The notes: generated from the sequence alone by a model not told the origin. A stretch of 64,000 nucleotides of DNA from Patescibacteria group bacterium (GCA_038064515.1 JBBTSY010000004.1:96585-160584); one strand, 5' to 3'. Positions 38,200 to 48,074 are shown, counted from the stretch's first letter. Numbers and translations: made by a program.

Positions 38200-39378
38200 T
38201 TATAAGCTTTGAAAGAAGTCTTCTAATCGTTCGCCGACTGATTGATTGCTGAAGTGATCCAAAATATATTGCCGGGCTTCTAAACCCATCTGCTTTCTCT
38301 CTTCAGTATTAACGGCCAATCGCTCCATCGCTCGTGCCAATGCATTATCATCCCCCGGAGGAACGAGGATGCCCGTTTTATTGTTTATCACAGTCTCACT
38401 TAAAGAACCACTCGCCGTAGTAATGACAGGGGTACCACATGCTTGAGCCTGTAACATAAGCAACCCAAATTGTTCTTCCCAACCTTCGTATGGCTGTGAT
38501 GGGTGGATCATGACATCTGCTTGGGCATACAATGGCGCAAGCTCATTTACTGGCTGCCACGGAAGAACAGTGACACTATTTTGAATCCCTAAGTCTTTAA
38601 TTGTTTGATCAACCTGATTTTTGAGTTCTCCCATACCAATAAACAGAAGGTGGGTCGCGGGAACTTTTTTATGCGTCTCCGCAAACGCTCTTAGAGTAGG
38701 GAGGGGGCCCTTGCGTTCAGTAAACGTGGCGGAATAAACAAAAATAACCTTATCGCCTAAAGAGTACCTGTCACGCAAATTTGTAGAACTTATTGGCTTA
38801 AATACATCGGTATCAATCCCAGTTTGAGGGATAACGGCTGTCTTCAATTTTGGATTCTCCTTAAAGTATGGCTTATGAATCTCAAATGCTCTTTCCATAC
38901 CACAGAGACTGCCAGCACTCAATCGAATGTTTTGATGAAGCAGCCACTCGGTTATTCGCAACTTCATCCCCGACATCCTCTCCTTGTATGAGACATTTTG
39001 CCAGGTAAAAAAAACGTGCTTCATCCCTAATTTTTTTGCCAGTCTGCTATATAAATACGTAACGAGAAGATTCGGCTCGTATGAACTATAGAGAATGTCT
39101 CCAGGTCTTGCATGAGATCGTAGAATTGCGCCTAATCCCGGCATCCACCCCTTAAGATGTCCCCGAATGAGTGGGTAGGTTGAATGATAAAAAGGAGCTG
39201 GAGTAGTAAATGTTGCGAAACCTTCGCGTATTTTCGGATATACAATCACCTTCTTACCCTTAGTAGATTTCCATTCTTTGGGCAAAACAAAGACGAGTTG
39301 CTCTTTATTTTTAAAGTAATCAAAGACTGGATAGTTATGTTCGTATATGTATGTATAGGCAACAACGAAAATCTTCAT
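38200..39378 (-). CDS. GT4 glycosyltransferase
   Basis: MKIFVVA start, FTWQN, WEEQFGLLMLQAQACGTPVI. ORF track start 39507 overlaps the upstream gene. Confidence 0.9.
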   Translation of the reverse strand: MKIFVVAYTYIYEHNYPVFDYFKNKEQLVFVLPKEWKSTKGKKVIVYPKIREGFATFTTPAPFYHSTYPLIRGHLKGWMPGLGAILRSHARPGDILYSSYEPNLLVTYLYSRLAKKLGMKHVFFTWQNVSYKERMSGMKLRITEWLLHQNIRLSAGSLCGMERAFEIHKPYFKENPKLKTAVIPQTGIDTDVFKPISSTNLRDRYSLGDKVIFVYSATFTERKGPLPTLRAFAETHKKVPATHLLFIGMGELKNQVDQTIKDLGIQNSVTVLPWQPVNELAPLYAQADVMIHPSQPYEGWEEQFGLLMLQAQACGTPVITTASGSLSETVINNKTGILVPPGDDNALARAMERLAVNTEERKQMGLEARQYILDHFSNQSVGERLEDFFQSL

Positions 39379-39379
39379 C

Positions 39380-39994
39380 TTATTCAGTAACGTAGAAGCA
39401 AATCTGGAGGCCAAACAGATTGGGCCACCAATCTCGCAAAGGCTTTCTTCCGTTGGATGATTTAATTCTTTTGACCTTAAACCCCAGCATATTAATTGTC
39501 CTTTCAAAATCCTTTACCGACCAATACCGCAAATGCTCTTTGGGAGCTATCGCCCACTGCTTAGGAAATTTCCCCAAAAGCAATTCTAATCGGAATTTCC
39601 AATATGCCGTATTGGGGATAGAAACCATAACTCCTTTTTTGGCAATTCTCATCGCATCGGCCAATACCTCTTCGGAGTTTACGATATGCTCCAAAAATTC
39701 GGACATAATAATATAATCAAAGCTCTTATCGGGAAAATCAATTGTTTCATCTATGGCTAAGTAGCGAGTTTTGAGTCCTCTTTTTTCGGCTATCTCTAGT
39801 GCCGCTTTCGAAATATCGCATCCGGTATAATCCACTCCATTTTTCTGCACCAAAAACTCCCCAAAAGACCCGTCACCACAGCCAATATCCAAGACACTGG
39901 AACCATTCTCTATCCACTCTGAAAAAATGTTATACCGCGGACGCGATCCGGACTTACCTCTTATCTGCCAATATTCTTCGTAAAAATTTTTCAC
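39380..39994 (-). CDS. Class I SAM methyltransferase (MetW-like)
   Basis: VLDIGCGDG, SEFLEHI, SIPN, EHLRYWS. Confidence 0.87.
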   Translation of the reverse strand: MKNFYEEYWQIRGKSGSRPRYNIFSEWIENGSSVLDIGCGDGSFGEFLVQKNGVDYTGCDISKAALEIAEKRGLKTRYLAIDETIDFPDKSFDYIIMSEFLEHIVNSEEVLADAMRIAKKGVMVSIPNTAYWKFRLELLLGKFPKQWAIAPKEHLRYWSVKDFERTINMLGFKVKRIKSSNGRKPLRDWWPNLFGLQICFYVTE

Positions 39995-39997
39995 GGT

Positions 39998-41038
39998 TCA
40001 CAATAATTTTTCACCTATCTGCTTGAGCTCTCTGCCCAATATTTCAGGGGTGGCAAATCTTTTGAATTTATTATATGCGTTATCGGCCAAGCTTTCTCTT
40101 AATCCCGGGTTGTTTTTTAATTTTAGTATTGCCGAAGCAAGATTTTCTGGATTTGATTGAATAAGAATCATATCACCTTCATTAAACAATTCCCTTATTG
40201 CCGGCGTGTCGGCCGTAATAATAGGCTTCCTCATTGCCGCGTATTCATATACTTTATTGGGTATTACTCTATTAGTCTTGGCTGTTTGACCGAAAACGCC
40301 CAGGCAAATATTCCCTTGATTTATATACTCGGGCAATTTACCATATTCTACCCGATTTATAAAATTAACATTCTTTATTTCCAAGTCGCCAGCTAATTTT
40401 TTTATTTCTGGATAGGTTTGCCCATCGCCAAGAATATTGAATTTGATTTCATCGTTCTCAAGAAGTTTAGCGGCTTTTATTATACAATCTATGCCCTGGA
40501 GAGGTATAAACGAGCCGTGAAAGTGAACGGCGAATGCGGAATTATTGCGCCCCTCTCTTGGATGAAAAACTTTTTCATCGGTTCCGACAAAAACTCTCCT
40601 GAACTTATCATTTTTGATTCTAAATTCTTTTGCGGCATAGCTAATATGCTCGTTGGTATCGAATAATACACTATCGGCCAAACGCATTGATAGCCAGTCC
40701 AAAAACCAGTAGTAGTGCGCCAAAAAGCTGCCGGGAATAATAATCTTGCGATCATATACATTTGAATCATATAGCGATATAAATGCGTCAAATATAATGG
40801 GTTTTGAAGTAATAAGCCATGCAAACGGTACGATGATCTGCCCCAGAAATCCCACTACCATGACATCATAATCACCCCGAACCTGCCAATGCTTGCGGAA
40901 CAACCGGATGAACTTCAAAATGCCAGGCGAATTATCCTGACACTCGATAATTTCTACACCGTTCTGGCGAAGACCGCTCATAAGGACACGGTTACGTGCA
41001 TATAACGGATCGTACATGCCAAAATAAAGAACTCTCAT
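39998..41038 (-). CDS. GT4 glycosyltransferase
   Basis: FHGSFIPLQG, VIPNKVYEYAAMRKPIITAD. Confidence 0.9.
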   Translation of the reverse strand: MRVLYFGMYDPLYARNRVLMSGLRQNGVEIIECQDNSPGILKFIRLFRKHWQVRGDYDVMVVGFLGQIIVPFAWLITSKPIIFDAFISLYDSNVYDRKIIIPGSFLAHYYWFLDWLSMRLADSVLFDTNEHISYAAKEFRIKNDKFRRVFVGTDEKVFHPREGRNNSAFAVHFHGSFIPLQGIDCIIKAAKLLENDEIKFNILGDGQTYPEIKKLAGDLEIKNVNFINRVEYGKLPEYINQGNICLGVFGQTAKTNRVIPNKVYEYAAMRKPIITADTPAIRELFNEGDMILIQSNPENLASAILKLKNNPGLRESLADNAYNKFKRFATPEILGRELKQIGEKLL

Positions 41039-42081
41039 GGGAATAGATTAAGGATGCGTTTTATGACTTGAGGAATGTTATGCCTTTTGGCATTTTGCCG
41101 AAGAGCTTCACTTATAGCCTCCTTGGCGTTATTATCCAGCGCAACAAGATGTTGTATCTTTGAAACAAGATCGGCTACATCGCCATGAGAGAATAATAAT
41201 TGATCAGCGTATTGCCCGAAATCAGATTTAAATGCGGGATTTGATGTTAAAGTCAAGCAACCTGCCGCCATGGACTCTAGCACCACTTTATCTAGCCCTC
41301 CACGCGGCGTAAGGTTTACCGTAATATGCGCCTGGCGATATATATCAGGCAGTTTATTGTACGGCATAACGCCGGTGAATTCTATAAGATCTTCAATGTT
41401 TAATGTACGCACAAGATTTTTTAAAGACATTAGATAGCTCTCCTCCTCCTTTCTGCCGATCTGACCAATGATTCGAATATGCAAAGGCATTATCTCTCGC
41501 AATTGTGTAGCGGCACGAATTAATGTTTCTAAATTTTTAATAGGCGAGATGCGCCCTACGCTGATAATCTCCCAGCGTTCTGGAGTATTCCAGCTTCTCT
41601 GGCTCGAGAATGCTTCGATATCAATACCATGCCCGGTCTCTATAATTTTTTTACTTGCGATCGACAAGCTTTCCTTCAACGCCGTGACAATTCGATAACA
41701 AAGCTTCTCTGCGATTCGCAATCGCAACGTTACTGCCCGATGCAGATACCAGAAAATAATTCTTTTCCTAAAAAGCATTGCAACCGGCCAAGTAGCAATA
41801 ACAAATACAGGTGCCATGTGCGCAAAAATTCCATTACTCGCAGGTATCACTTTGAAAAGATAATAATAAAATCGAAAAAATTGGGTAAGCTTTGAAGTCC
41901 CGTATTCTCTTCCAAGAGAATACACGGTTACATTACTAGGTAAATCGTAATTGCCTGCCTTGAGGGTTATAACAGAAACCCTCTCAACTTGATGTGCCAT
42001 CTCTCGCAACCACGATACGAAAAATCCCAACAGATCTTCGTTGGAATCCACTTTCTGGGTTATGACAATGAGATGCTTCAT
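41035..42081 (-). CDS. GT4 glycosyltransferase
   Basis: GHGID, SVGRISPIKN, LDKVVLESMAAG. Confidence 0.9.
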   Translation of the reverse strand: MKHLIVITQKVDSNEDLLGFFVSWLREMAHQVERVSVITLKAGNYDLPSNVTVYSLGREYGTSKLTQFFRFYYYLFKVIPASNGIFAHMAPVFVIATWPVAMLFRKRIIFWYLHRAVTLRLRIAEKLCYRIVTALKESLSIASKKIIETGHGIDIEAFSSQRSWNTPERWEIISVGRISPIKNLETLIRAATQLREIMPLHIRIIGQIGRKEEESYLMSLKNLVRTLNIEDLIEFTGVMPYNKLPDIYRQAHITVNLTPRGGLDKVVLESMAAGCLTLTSNPAFKSDFGQYADQLLFSHGDVADLVSKIQHLVALDNNAKEAISEALRQNAKRHNIPQVIKRILNLFP

Positions 42082-43175
42082 AGAAGAGATCGAATGCCTT
42101 CGGCATATGCTTGAATACTTTTTACTCGCTCAAACTGTGAGGCAATCACTAAACCCTGATCGCGGAGGCGTTGGTAATATTCTGGATTGCTGAGCAGTTT
42201 ATCTATGCCTTCTTTAATATCATGTGCATTCCACCCCACAACATACCCCGATTCGCCATGAACGATAACGTCGTGCACGATCCCTACGGGCGTTGCAATG
42301 ACGGGAACGCCACATGCCATCGCTTCCAGCACGACACGCGGGCCACCTTCATTGTATGATGGCATAATTAAAATCCTTGAACGATTCATAACATGGGCAA
42401 TTTCTTGAGAGTTAGCGGCCCAGCCGTGAAGTTGAATACGGTTTTGGAGCTGATATTTTTCAATATACTTTTCGATGCGCGCCCGAGCTGGACCCTCTCC
42501 CACAATGTACGCTCTGCCGGAGAGCTGACGTACGGCATCAAGAAATAGGAAAACGCCCTTATTATCGACAAGCCGAGCCACAAAAAGGTAGTCGATATCT
42601 TTGGTGATATCTCGAAGAGTGAATACTTCAAGATCAATGTAGAAAGCCGGGATGTACACAATCTTGTTCTCGGGAACTCCGCCAGAAATCAGAAATCGGG
42701 GAGTCTGGGTACGGTTGATCACCCTAATTTTTGTGGCGGGCTTAGCATCGAACCGGATAAGAGCTTTCGTAAGAAATCGGTATATCAGCTCTTTAACATT
42801 GCCTGCTTTAGGGTATCCCGCGATGTGCATTATTTCAAGCAGGTATGGTATCCCAATTTTTCGGTGGAGTAGCCACGCACCTATGCCATTATAGAACGGC
42901 GGATACTCGTGAACGGTCATTACGTCAAATGTCTGCTTTCGGTGAAGCTGTAGCCCTTTTTTGAGAATGTACAGAGGTTGTAGGATAAGCGGCCAGGGCG
43001 ACGAATGGATGTAGACATTGCCAAAGAGTACCTGGGACACGCTCATGCCGATAGACGGAGTAATCACATCAATCCGCTCCCAATGTTTATGGAATTCTTC
43101 CAGAGTATTGCAAAATGGTCCGCGGCGGCCCCGAGCAATGGCGCGATCTCCGCTAATCATGAGAAGTCTAGACAT
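42078..43175 (-). CDS. GT4 glycosyltransferase
   Basis: FVARLVDNKG, EGGPRVVLEAMACGVPVI. Confidence 0.9.
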   Translation of the reverse strand: MSRLLMISGDRAIARGRRGPFCNTLEEFHKHWERIDVITPSIGMSVSQVLFGNVYIHSSPWPLILQPLYILKKGLQLHRKQTFDVMTVHEYPPFYNGIGAWLLHRKIGIPYLLEIMHIAGYPKAGNVKELIYRFLTKALIRFDAKPATKIRVINRTQTPRFLISGGVPENKIVYIPAFYIDLEVFTLRDITKDIDYLFVARLVDNKGVFLFLDAVRQLSGRAYIVGEGPARARIEKYIEKYQLQNRIQLHGWAANSQEIAHVMNRSRILIMPSYNEGGPRVVLEAMACGVPVIATPVGIVHDVIVHGESGYVVGWNAHDIKEGIDKLLSNPEYYQRLRDQGLVIASQFERVKSIQAYAEGIRSLL

Positions 43176-43181
43176 AGTATT

Positions 43182-43240
43182 AATTTTGAATGATGAATTT
43201 AGAATTTCGAATCAATGACTGAATTTTCAATTTTCAAACT
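43182..43240. repeat. Degenerate heptamer tandem repeat (AATTTTG/AATGATG/AATTTAG/AATTTCG/AATTTTC)
   Basis: 7-nt periodic AAT-initiated units downstream of the four-helix-bundle gene; similar units upstream at 43617-43644. Confidence 0.6.
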
Positions 43241-43601
43241 TTTTTGATCTTGATGAGCTAATGATTCTACCAAAAATTAAAACTAGCTCTCCACACTCCT
43301 GCTTCAAAGCTTGCATCGATGCAAGCTGGTTATCGTAGAAGTCCAGCATCCTAAGCCAATGCTTTGTTTCTTGACATTCTTTCTTACAGATAGATATCTT
43401 GTTAATAAAATCTTTCTTTGAAGATGCGGCATTTGCTTCCATATAGTTGGCTCCGATACTAGTACCAGACCTGATAATTTGGTTGATGAGTGGCCCAGAA
43501 ATATTATTTACCTTCATGCTCTTACATAAACTAATAATATTCTGCCCAAATATAGCCGTCCTCTCTTCTAGGTCATAAATTCGTTTTTTGTCTTCATTCA
43601 T
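43227..43601 (-). CDS. Four-helix-bundle protein (23S rRNA IVP/TIGR02436-like)
   Basis: YDLEERT, QIIRSGTSIGANYMEA..ASSKKDFINKISICKKECQETKHWL. ORF track start 43616. Confidence 0.9.
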   Translation of the reverse strand: MNEDKKRIYDLEERTAIFGQNIISLCKSMKVNNISGPLINQIIRSGTSIGANYMEANAASSKKDFINKISICKKECQETKHWLRMLDFYDNQLASMQALKQECGELVLIFGRIISSSRSKKFEN

Positions 43602-43625
43602 TCTAATTTTATTCAAAATTTATAA

Positions 43626-44786
43626 TTATAAATTCGAAATTAATAAGGCAGTTGTCTCATTTTCCATTTTAGTTACATTTAATTTCCGGAGCGTATTGCT
43701 TCCTTCTTCAACAAATTTTTCTCGGATGTCCGGCATCGCCCATAGCGTTTTAATGGCTTCGATGAGATTGAATTCGTCGTTGTATTTTACCAAGAAACCA
43801 TTTTCGCCCTGCTGAATAATTTCTCGATTCCCGCCTACTGCTGTGGTGATAATAGGAACTCGAGCGGCCATAACTTCTAATAGCTGGTGCGAGAAACCTT
43901 CATAACCGGTATTAAGGACGAATAAATCGGCGGCCGCGAGGTACGTGGCAAGCTCTTCGCTTCGCTTCTTCCCCACTAGATAAACTTTCCGATCAAGGCC
44001 CAGGTTTTTTACCATCGCCTGGAGAATCTGAAATTCAGGGCCATCACCGATAATAACCAGCCTAAAGAATTGATTTACCCGCAGTAGTTGAGGCATTATC
44101 TTGATGAGCATGCGGAATCCTTTCCAGGGAACCATGCGACCCGCTGATACGATTATGTTACCTGAAATGCCGATCTGCTTGCGCGCTTCCTCTTTCGATA
44201 GTGGAGAGGGTTCAAATTCAACTCCGTTATAAATCACGGTGATGGCATCCTTGCTAACGCCCCAGCCTCGCACAATTTCCGAAAGATATATCGAAGGAAC
44301 TATGATACGAGCGGCATGTCCGCACACCCATATCTGAATCCGGTGAATAATGCCAATCCATCCTCGGCGCGGTTCTTTCTGGAAATCATTGATTAGAAGA
44401 TTAGTTTTTCCTGACTGAATTGCCGTCTCCCAGGCACGATCGCCTACGATTTTCACGATATATTTCTTTTTGAAAAATCGAGATGCCACGAGTGCCGTTG
44501 GCCCCGCGTTAATGGCATTTAATGCGAAAATTAGATCATGATTTTTCGCCGCAAAGAAAACTTTTATCGCGTAGATTGCGTGCCGCACCGGCCATGGCCA
44601 CTTCTTCCAAATTCTGACTACGGCAAATGGCAGGGATTTGTCTCCCTGATCGCTCCACACCGATGAATAGGTGATAACCGTCACACCGTGTGCCTGGGCA
44701 AGTTTCTTACCAATTATTTGAGCATACGATGCCGGCCCGCCAATCTCGGGACTAAAAATCCCTGTTATAATAAGAAGCTTCTTCAT
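43626..44786 (-). CDS. GT4 glycosyltransferase
   Basis: PEIGGPA, YNGV, GRMVPWKG, YEGFSHQLLEVMA. Confidence 0.92.
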   Translation of the reverse strand: MKKLLIITGIFSPEIGGPASYAQIIGKKLAQAHGVTVITYSSVWSDQGDKSLPFAVVRIWKKWPWPVRHAIYAIKVFFAAKNHDLIFALNAINAGPTALVASRFFKKKYIVKIVGDRAWETAIQSGKTNLLINDFQKEPRRGWIGIIHRIQIWVCGHAARIIVPSIYLSEIVRGWGVSKDAITVIYNGVEFEPSPLSKEEARKQIGISGNIIVSAGRMVPWKGFRMLIKIMPQLLRVNQFFRLVIIGDGPEFQILQAMVKNLGLDRKVYLVGKKRSEELATYLAAADLFVLNTGYEGFSHQLLEVMAARVPIITTAVGGNREIIQQGENGFLVKYNDEFNLIEAIKTLWAMPDIREKFVEEGSNTLRKLNVTKMENETTALLISNL

Positions 44787-45098
44787 CCTGTAGTAGAATT
44801 TTGATTAATTTTTCGATTATATAAATAATCTTTAATTCTAGATTTAATTAAACGTCCGCCTTGGGTAGTCTTTAGATATTTCTCTCTTCGCTTAGCGTCA
44901 CTTTCTTCTAGGCAAGCTTCGTAATAAATTAGTTTCCACGGCATATACCTTTTGGTCGAAAAATTCAATCCTCGATTATGTTCTAATAGGCGTTGCTTTA
45001 AGTCGGAGGTGAAACCAGTATATAGTTCGCCATTCATTTCACTTTGGATAATGTAGGTATAGAACATAATCAGATCAAAATTTCACTACGGGATTCAT
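44782..45098 (-). mobile_element. 310-bp TIR element carrying a GIY-YIG nuclease, with duplicated TTCAT (ATGAA)
   Basis: ATCCTGTAGTAGAATTTTGAT (44785-44805) versus ATCAAAATTTCACTACGGGAT (45074-45094), 18/21 complementary; TTCAT at 44782-44786 and 45094-45098. Confidence 0.8.
44783..45067 (-). CDS. Small stand-alone GIY-YIG nuclease
   Basis: FYTYII..LYTGFTSDLKQRLLEHN..YYEA..A..REKYLK; 94 aa. Confidence 0.92.
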   Translation of the reverse strand: MFYTYIIQSEMNGELYTGFTSDLKQRLLEHNRGLNFSTKRYMPWKLIYYEACLEESDAKRREKYLKTTQGGRLIKSRIKDYLYNRKINQNSTTG

Positions 45099-46231
45099 GA
45101 TACATGATCATAGACTGACCGCATTGCCGTGGCAACCTGGTTCCAATGGTAGCGCTGTGAAACAAGTATTCGAGCTGTCGAGATAATGTGACTCCTAAGC
45201 GGCTCGTCTTCAAATACTATTTTTATGGCTCGGACGATATCGCTAGGACTGTGAGGATCGCATACCATTCCGGTTTCCCGATCTTTTAGGAAATCGGGGA
45301 TGCCGCCCACATCCGAACCAACCACTGGAACGCCGGCCGCCATTGCTTCCAAAAAAGCATTGCCAAGCCCTTCCGAGTAGGAAGGGCGGACAAATGCGTC
45401 GGCAACAGCTAAGTATCGAGGAAGATGATCATAAACTATTTCTCCGACCCAGCGGATATCGTTTTTAACCCCAAGGTTCTCTGCTAATCGTATAAGATCT
45501 TCTCTAAGCGGCCCCGCTCCTGCGAGAATAAGCACTGCTGGTCTGGATTGTTTCAGCTCGGCAAACGCGCGGATAAGATTATCGATGCCGTTTTTTTGAA
45601 TAAGGCGAGATACGGAAATAAGAACCGATATTCCAAAGGGAATTCCAAGCTGTTGTTTTAGTTTTAATTGTTCTTCATCAGAAACTTTCTCGGTAAAAAG
45701 CTCGATATCGACACCGTTAGGAATGACGTTTACTAAAAGCGATGGGCGCACGGAATGTATGAATCGCTCTAGATAAGTACTGATAGCCGTAGCATAATCA
45801 GCCCGAGCAATTATAAGCCTGCGAAAAAATCGAACTGCCAGAGATTGGGCATTCAGGTCCTTGCCTTCCTGCAGGGTAAGGATAAAAGGAATGGGCTTGA
45901 ACCACCGAAGAAGCCAAGCGGCGCTTGCGCCGTACGAGGCCTGATAAGCATGACTAGCATGATAGCGGCCTGCGGCTGTTAACTGGTATCCCCGAAAAAA
46001 ACCTAAAATCGGAAACAAGTATTTATCCAAAAAGGAACCGAAACCGACCCGATGGATCGTGTTGTTGGTTTGACGTTCGTCGTGTAGATCGTTTCGATAC
46101 CGAGGAGTGATAATATCAAAAAACATATCGGGTAATCGACTTGCAATTTGCTCAATAGCGATTTCGGAACCTCCCACAAACGGCCGGTAGGCAGTTGAAA
46201 AAATAAGGATTTTCTTTGATTTTTCGGGCAT
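45095..46231 (-). CDS. GT4 glycosyltransferase
   Basis: GGSE, IPNGVD, SVSRL..KNG, SEGLGNAFLEAMAAGVPVV. Confidence 0.92.
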   Translation of the reverse strand: MPEKSKKILIFSTAYRPFVGGSEIAIEQIASRLPDMFFDIITPRYRNDLHDERQTNNTIHRVGFGSFLDKYLFPILGFFRGYQLTAAGRYHASHAYQASYGASAAWLLRWFKPIPFILTLQEGKDLNAQSLAVRFFRRLIIARADYATAISTYLERFIHSVRPSLLVNVIPNGVDIELFTEKVSDEEQLKLKQQLGIPFGISVLISVSRLIQKNGIDNLIRAFAELKQSRPAVLILAGAGPLREDLIRLAENLGVKNDIRWVGEIVYDHLPRYLAVADAFVRPSYSEGLGNAFLEAMAAGVPVVGSDVGGIPDFLKDRETGMVCDPHSPSDIVRAIKIVFEDEPLRSHIISTARILVSQRYHWNQVATAMRSVYDHVS

Positions 46232-46254
46232 TGGATGTTAGTATATTGCCACAA

Positions 46255-47478
46255 ATGAAGCCTCAAAGCAACCAGTCAGAAACATTCAAACTACCGCGTA
46301 AAAAGCGGGTATTATTCGTTATCACCCAGTCGGAGATGGGCGGCGCTCAACAGTTCCTTGCTCAACTCATTAACCGCCTCAATCCCCAGGAATTCGATTG
46401 TTCGGTCGTGGTCGGGGTGGATGGGGACCATAGCCTCAAATCTATCTTACCCGATATTGTGCCGTATCGAATCGCCCGGCACCTTCGCCGCGATCCAGAT
46501 ATTATTAGTGACATCAGATCCTTGTTTGAACTGCGGGCCATTTTCAAAGAAGAAAGGCCGGATATTATCTTTCTCAACAGCTCGAAAGCGGGATTTAATG
46601 GAAGCTGGGCCGCCAGCGCTCTGCCATTTCGTCTAACGGGAGTACGCGTTATTTATCGCATCGGCGGCTGGCAGTTCAACGATCCGCTTCCTCGCTGGAA
46701 ACAATTATTCTATATCTTTCTTGAAAAGGTAAGCGCCCGCTGGAAAGATGTAATCATCGTAAACAACCAAAGAGATTTAGCCGATGCTCAACGACTCAAC
46801 ATCAAGCCGCGCTACAGTCTTAAACTCATACATAACGGCATCACTCCGTATTTGGAGATCCCCGATAAGGAAACGGCCCGAGTCCAGTTGATCAGCGATG
46901 CCGCAAAATCAGCGCTCAATGGCCAAGCCGCACTTTTCCAAACACCCTATATCGTAGGGACAATCGCGAATTTCTATGCCACAAAAGGATTGTCGGTTCT
47001 CGTCGATGCCGCCGCCAAGGTACGCAGTGATGCGGTGTTTATAATAATCGGTGACGGCGAATTACGCCCCGCCCTGGAACAGCAAATCACCAATTTAGGA
47101 TTGACCAAAAAAGTATTCCTTTTAGGCAAGAAGCCTCGAGCAACTGATTATATCTCCGGCTTTGATCTATTTGTCCTGCCTTCATTGAAAGAAGGATTTC
47201 CTTGGACACTCCTTGAAGCCATAGCCGCCAAAATCCCCGTTATCGCCGCGCGGACAGGAGCCGTGCCGGAGATTATCGAGTCGGGAAGGAACGGCATTAT
47301 CGTGCCTCCTGGCGATGCCGAAAAACTAGCTCAAGCGATTGATGAACTTATAGAGAATCCCCGCCTCGGCCAAGAAATGGCGATCCAAGCCCACCAGAAT
47401 CTGATCAGAAATTTCAGCCTTCATGGCATGATTCAGCGTTATGAACACCTTCTTAGAAGCCAGAGCCCATCTCGATAA
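46255..47478 (+). CDS. GT4 glycosyltransferase
   Basis: GGAQ, NSSKAG, IHNGI, KEGFPWTLLEAIAAKIPVI. ORF track start 46216. Confidence 0.92.
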   Translation: MKPQSNQSETFKLPRKKRVLFVITQSEMGGAQQFLAQLINRLNPQEFDCSVVVGVDGDHSLKSILPDIVPYRIARHLRRDPDIISDIRSLFELRAIFKEERPDIIFLNSSKAGFNGSWAASALPFRLTGVRVIYRIGGWQFNDPLPRWKQLFYIFLEKVSARWKDVIIVNNQRDLADAQRLNIKPRYSLKLIHNGITPYLEIPDKETARVQLISDAAKSALNGQAALFQTPYIVGTIANFYATKGLSVLVDAAAKVRSDAVFIIIGDGELRPALEQQITNLGLTKKVFLLGKKPRATDYISGFDLFVLPSLKEGFPWTLLEAIAAKIPVIAARTGAVPEIIESGRNGIIVPPGDAEKLAQAIDELIENPRLGQEMAIQAHQNLIRNFSLHGMIQRYEHLLRSQSPSR

Positions 47479-47544
47479 TGCTTTTCATGCCTACAGTATT
47501 TTGCCTGCCTGCCAGCCAGGCAGGTCACCTTCGTTCGCGATCGT

Positions 47545-47913
47545 TCATTGAGTCAATTCCTTTAAAAGTCGAGAAAACCGATCCTTGAAATCTTGATTTA
47601 TCGCATAGGGCAATCCTGTCTGGAGATTCGCTACCGCCGCATTATTATCGCCAAGCGCCACATGAAGTACAGCCGCGTTATAGTAAATTGCCGGATCGTC
47701 AGGGTGTTCTTTTTGCATGACATCTATAAGAGTAAGCGCTTTTTTAAATTCTCCCCGCTGGGTATAAATACTCACCAGATGACCATCGGCTAAATATGAC
47801 GCGGAGGCATACTGAAGTGTTTCTCGGCTGGCCTGAAAATAAAAAAATCCGCCTAAGGCTGCGAACACAGCGACAATAAGGAGCGGCAATTTCCATCGGC
47901 GGAGCATAGGCAT
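47545..47913 (-). CDS. Small membrane-anchored TPR protein
   Basis: N-terminal TM; YYNAAVLHVALGDNNAAVANLQ TPR-like helix pair. Confidence 0.65.
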   Translation of the reverse strand: MPMLRRWKLPLLIVAVFAALGGFFYFQASRETLQYASASYLADGHLVSIYTQRGEFKKALTLIDVMQKEHPDDPAIYYNAAVLHVALGDNNAAVANLQTGLPYAINQDFKDRFSRLLKELTQ

Positions 47914-48003
47914 AACCCTTACTATACACGAAAAGCGGAATTACTCCTGTGTACAAATAAAACCCGCCCCTGGCCGGGCAGACCCGAAGGACAGGCTTCA
48001 CTC

Positions 48004-48074
48004 TTTACGAGGTTCAATCTCGTAAATTAACGTTTTACAAGGTCGTTTTTACAAGGTCGAACCTTGTAAATTAA
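48004..48074. repeat. Cluster of related palindromes (TTTACAAGGTCGAACCTTGTAAA type)
   Basis: TTTACGAGGTTCAATCTCGTAAA, a half copy TTTACAAGGTCG, and TTTACAAGGTCGAACCTTGTAAA. Confidence 0.55.

Noticed and set aside
43227-43601. Diversity-generating retroelement suggested by the Avd-like four-helix-bundle gene
   Set aside because: No reverse transcriptase and no TR/VR pair with adenine-specific mismatches seen in the window.
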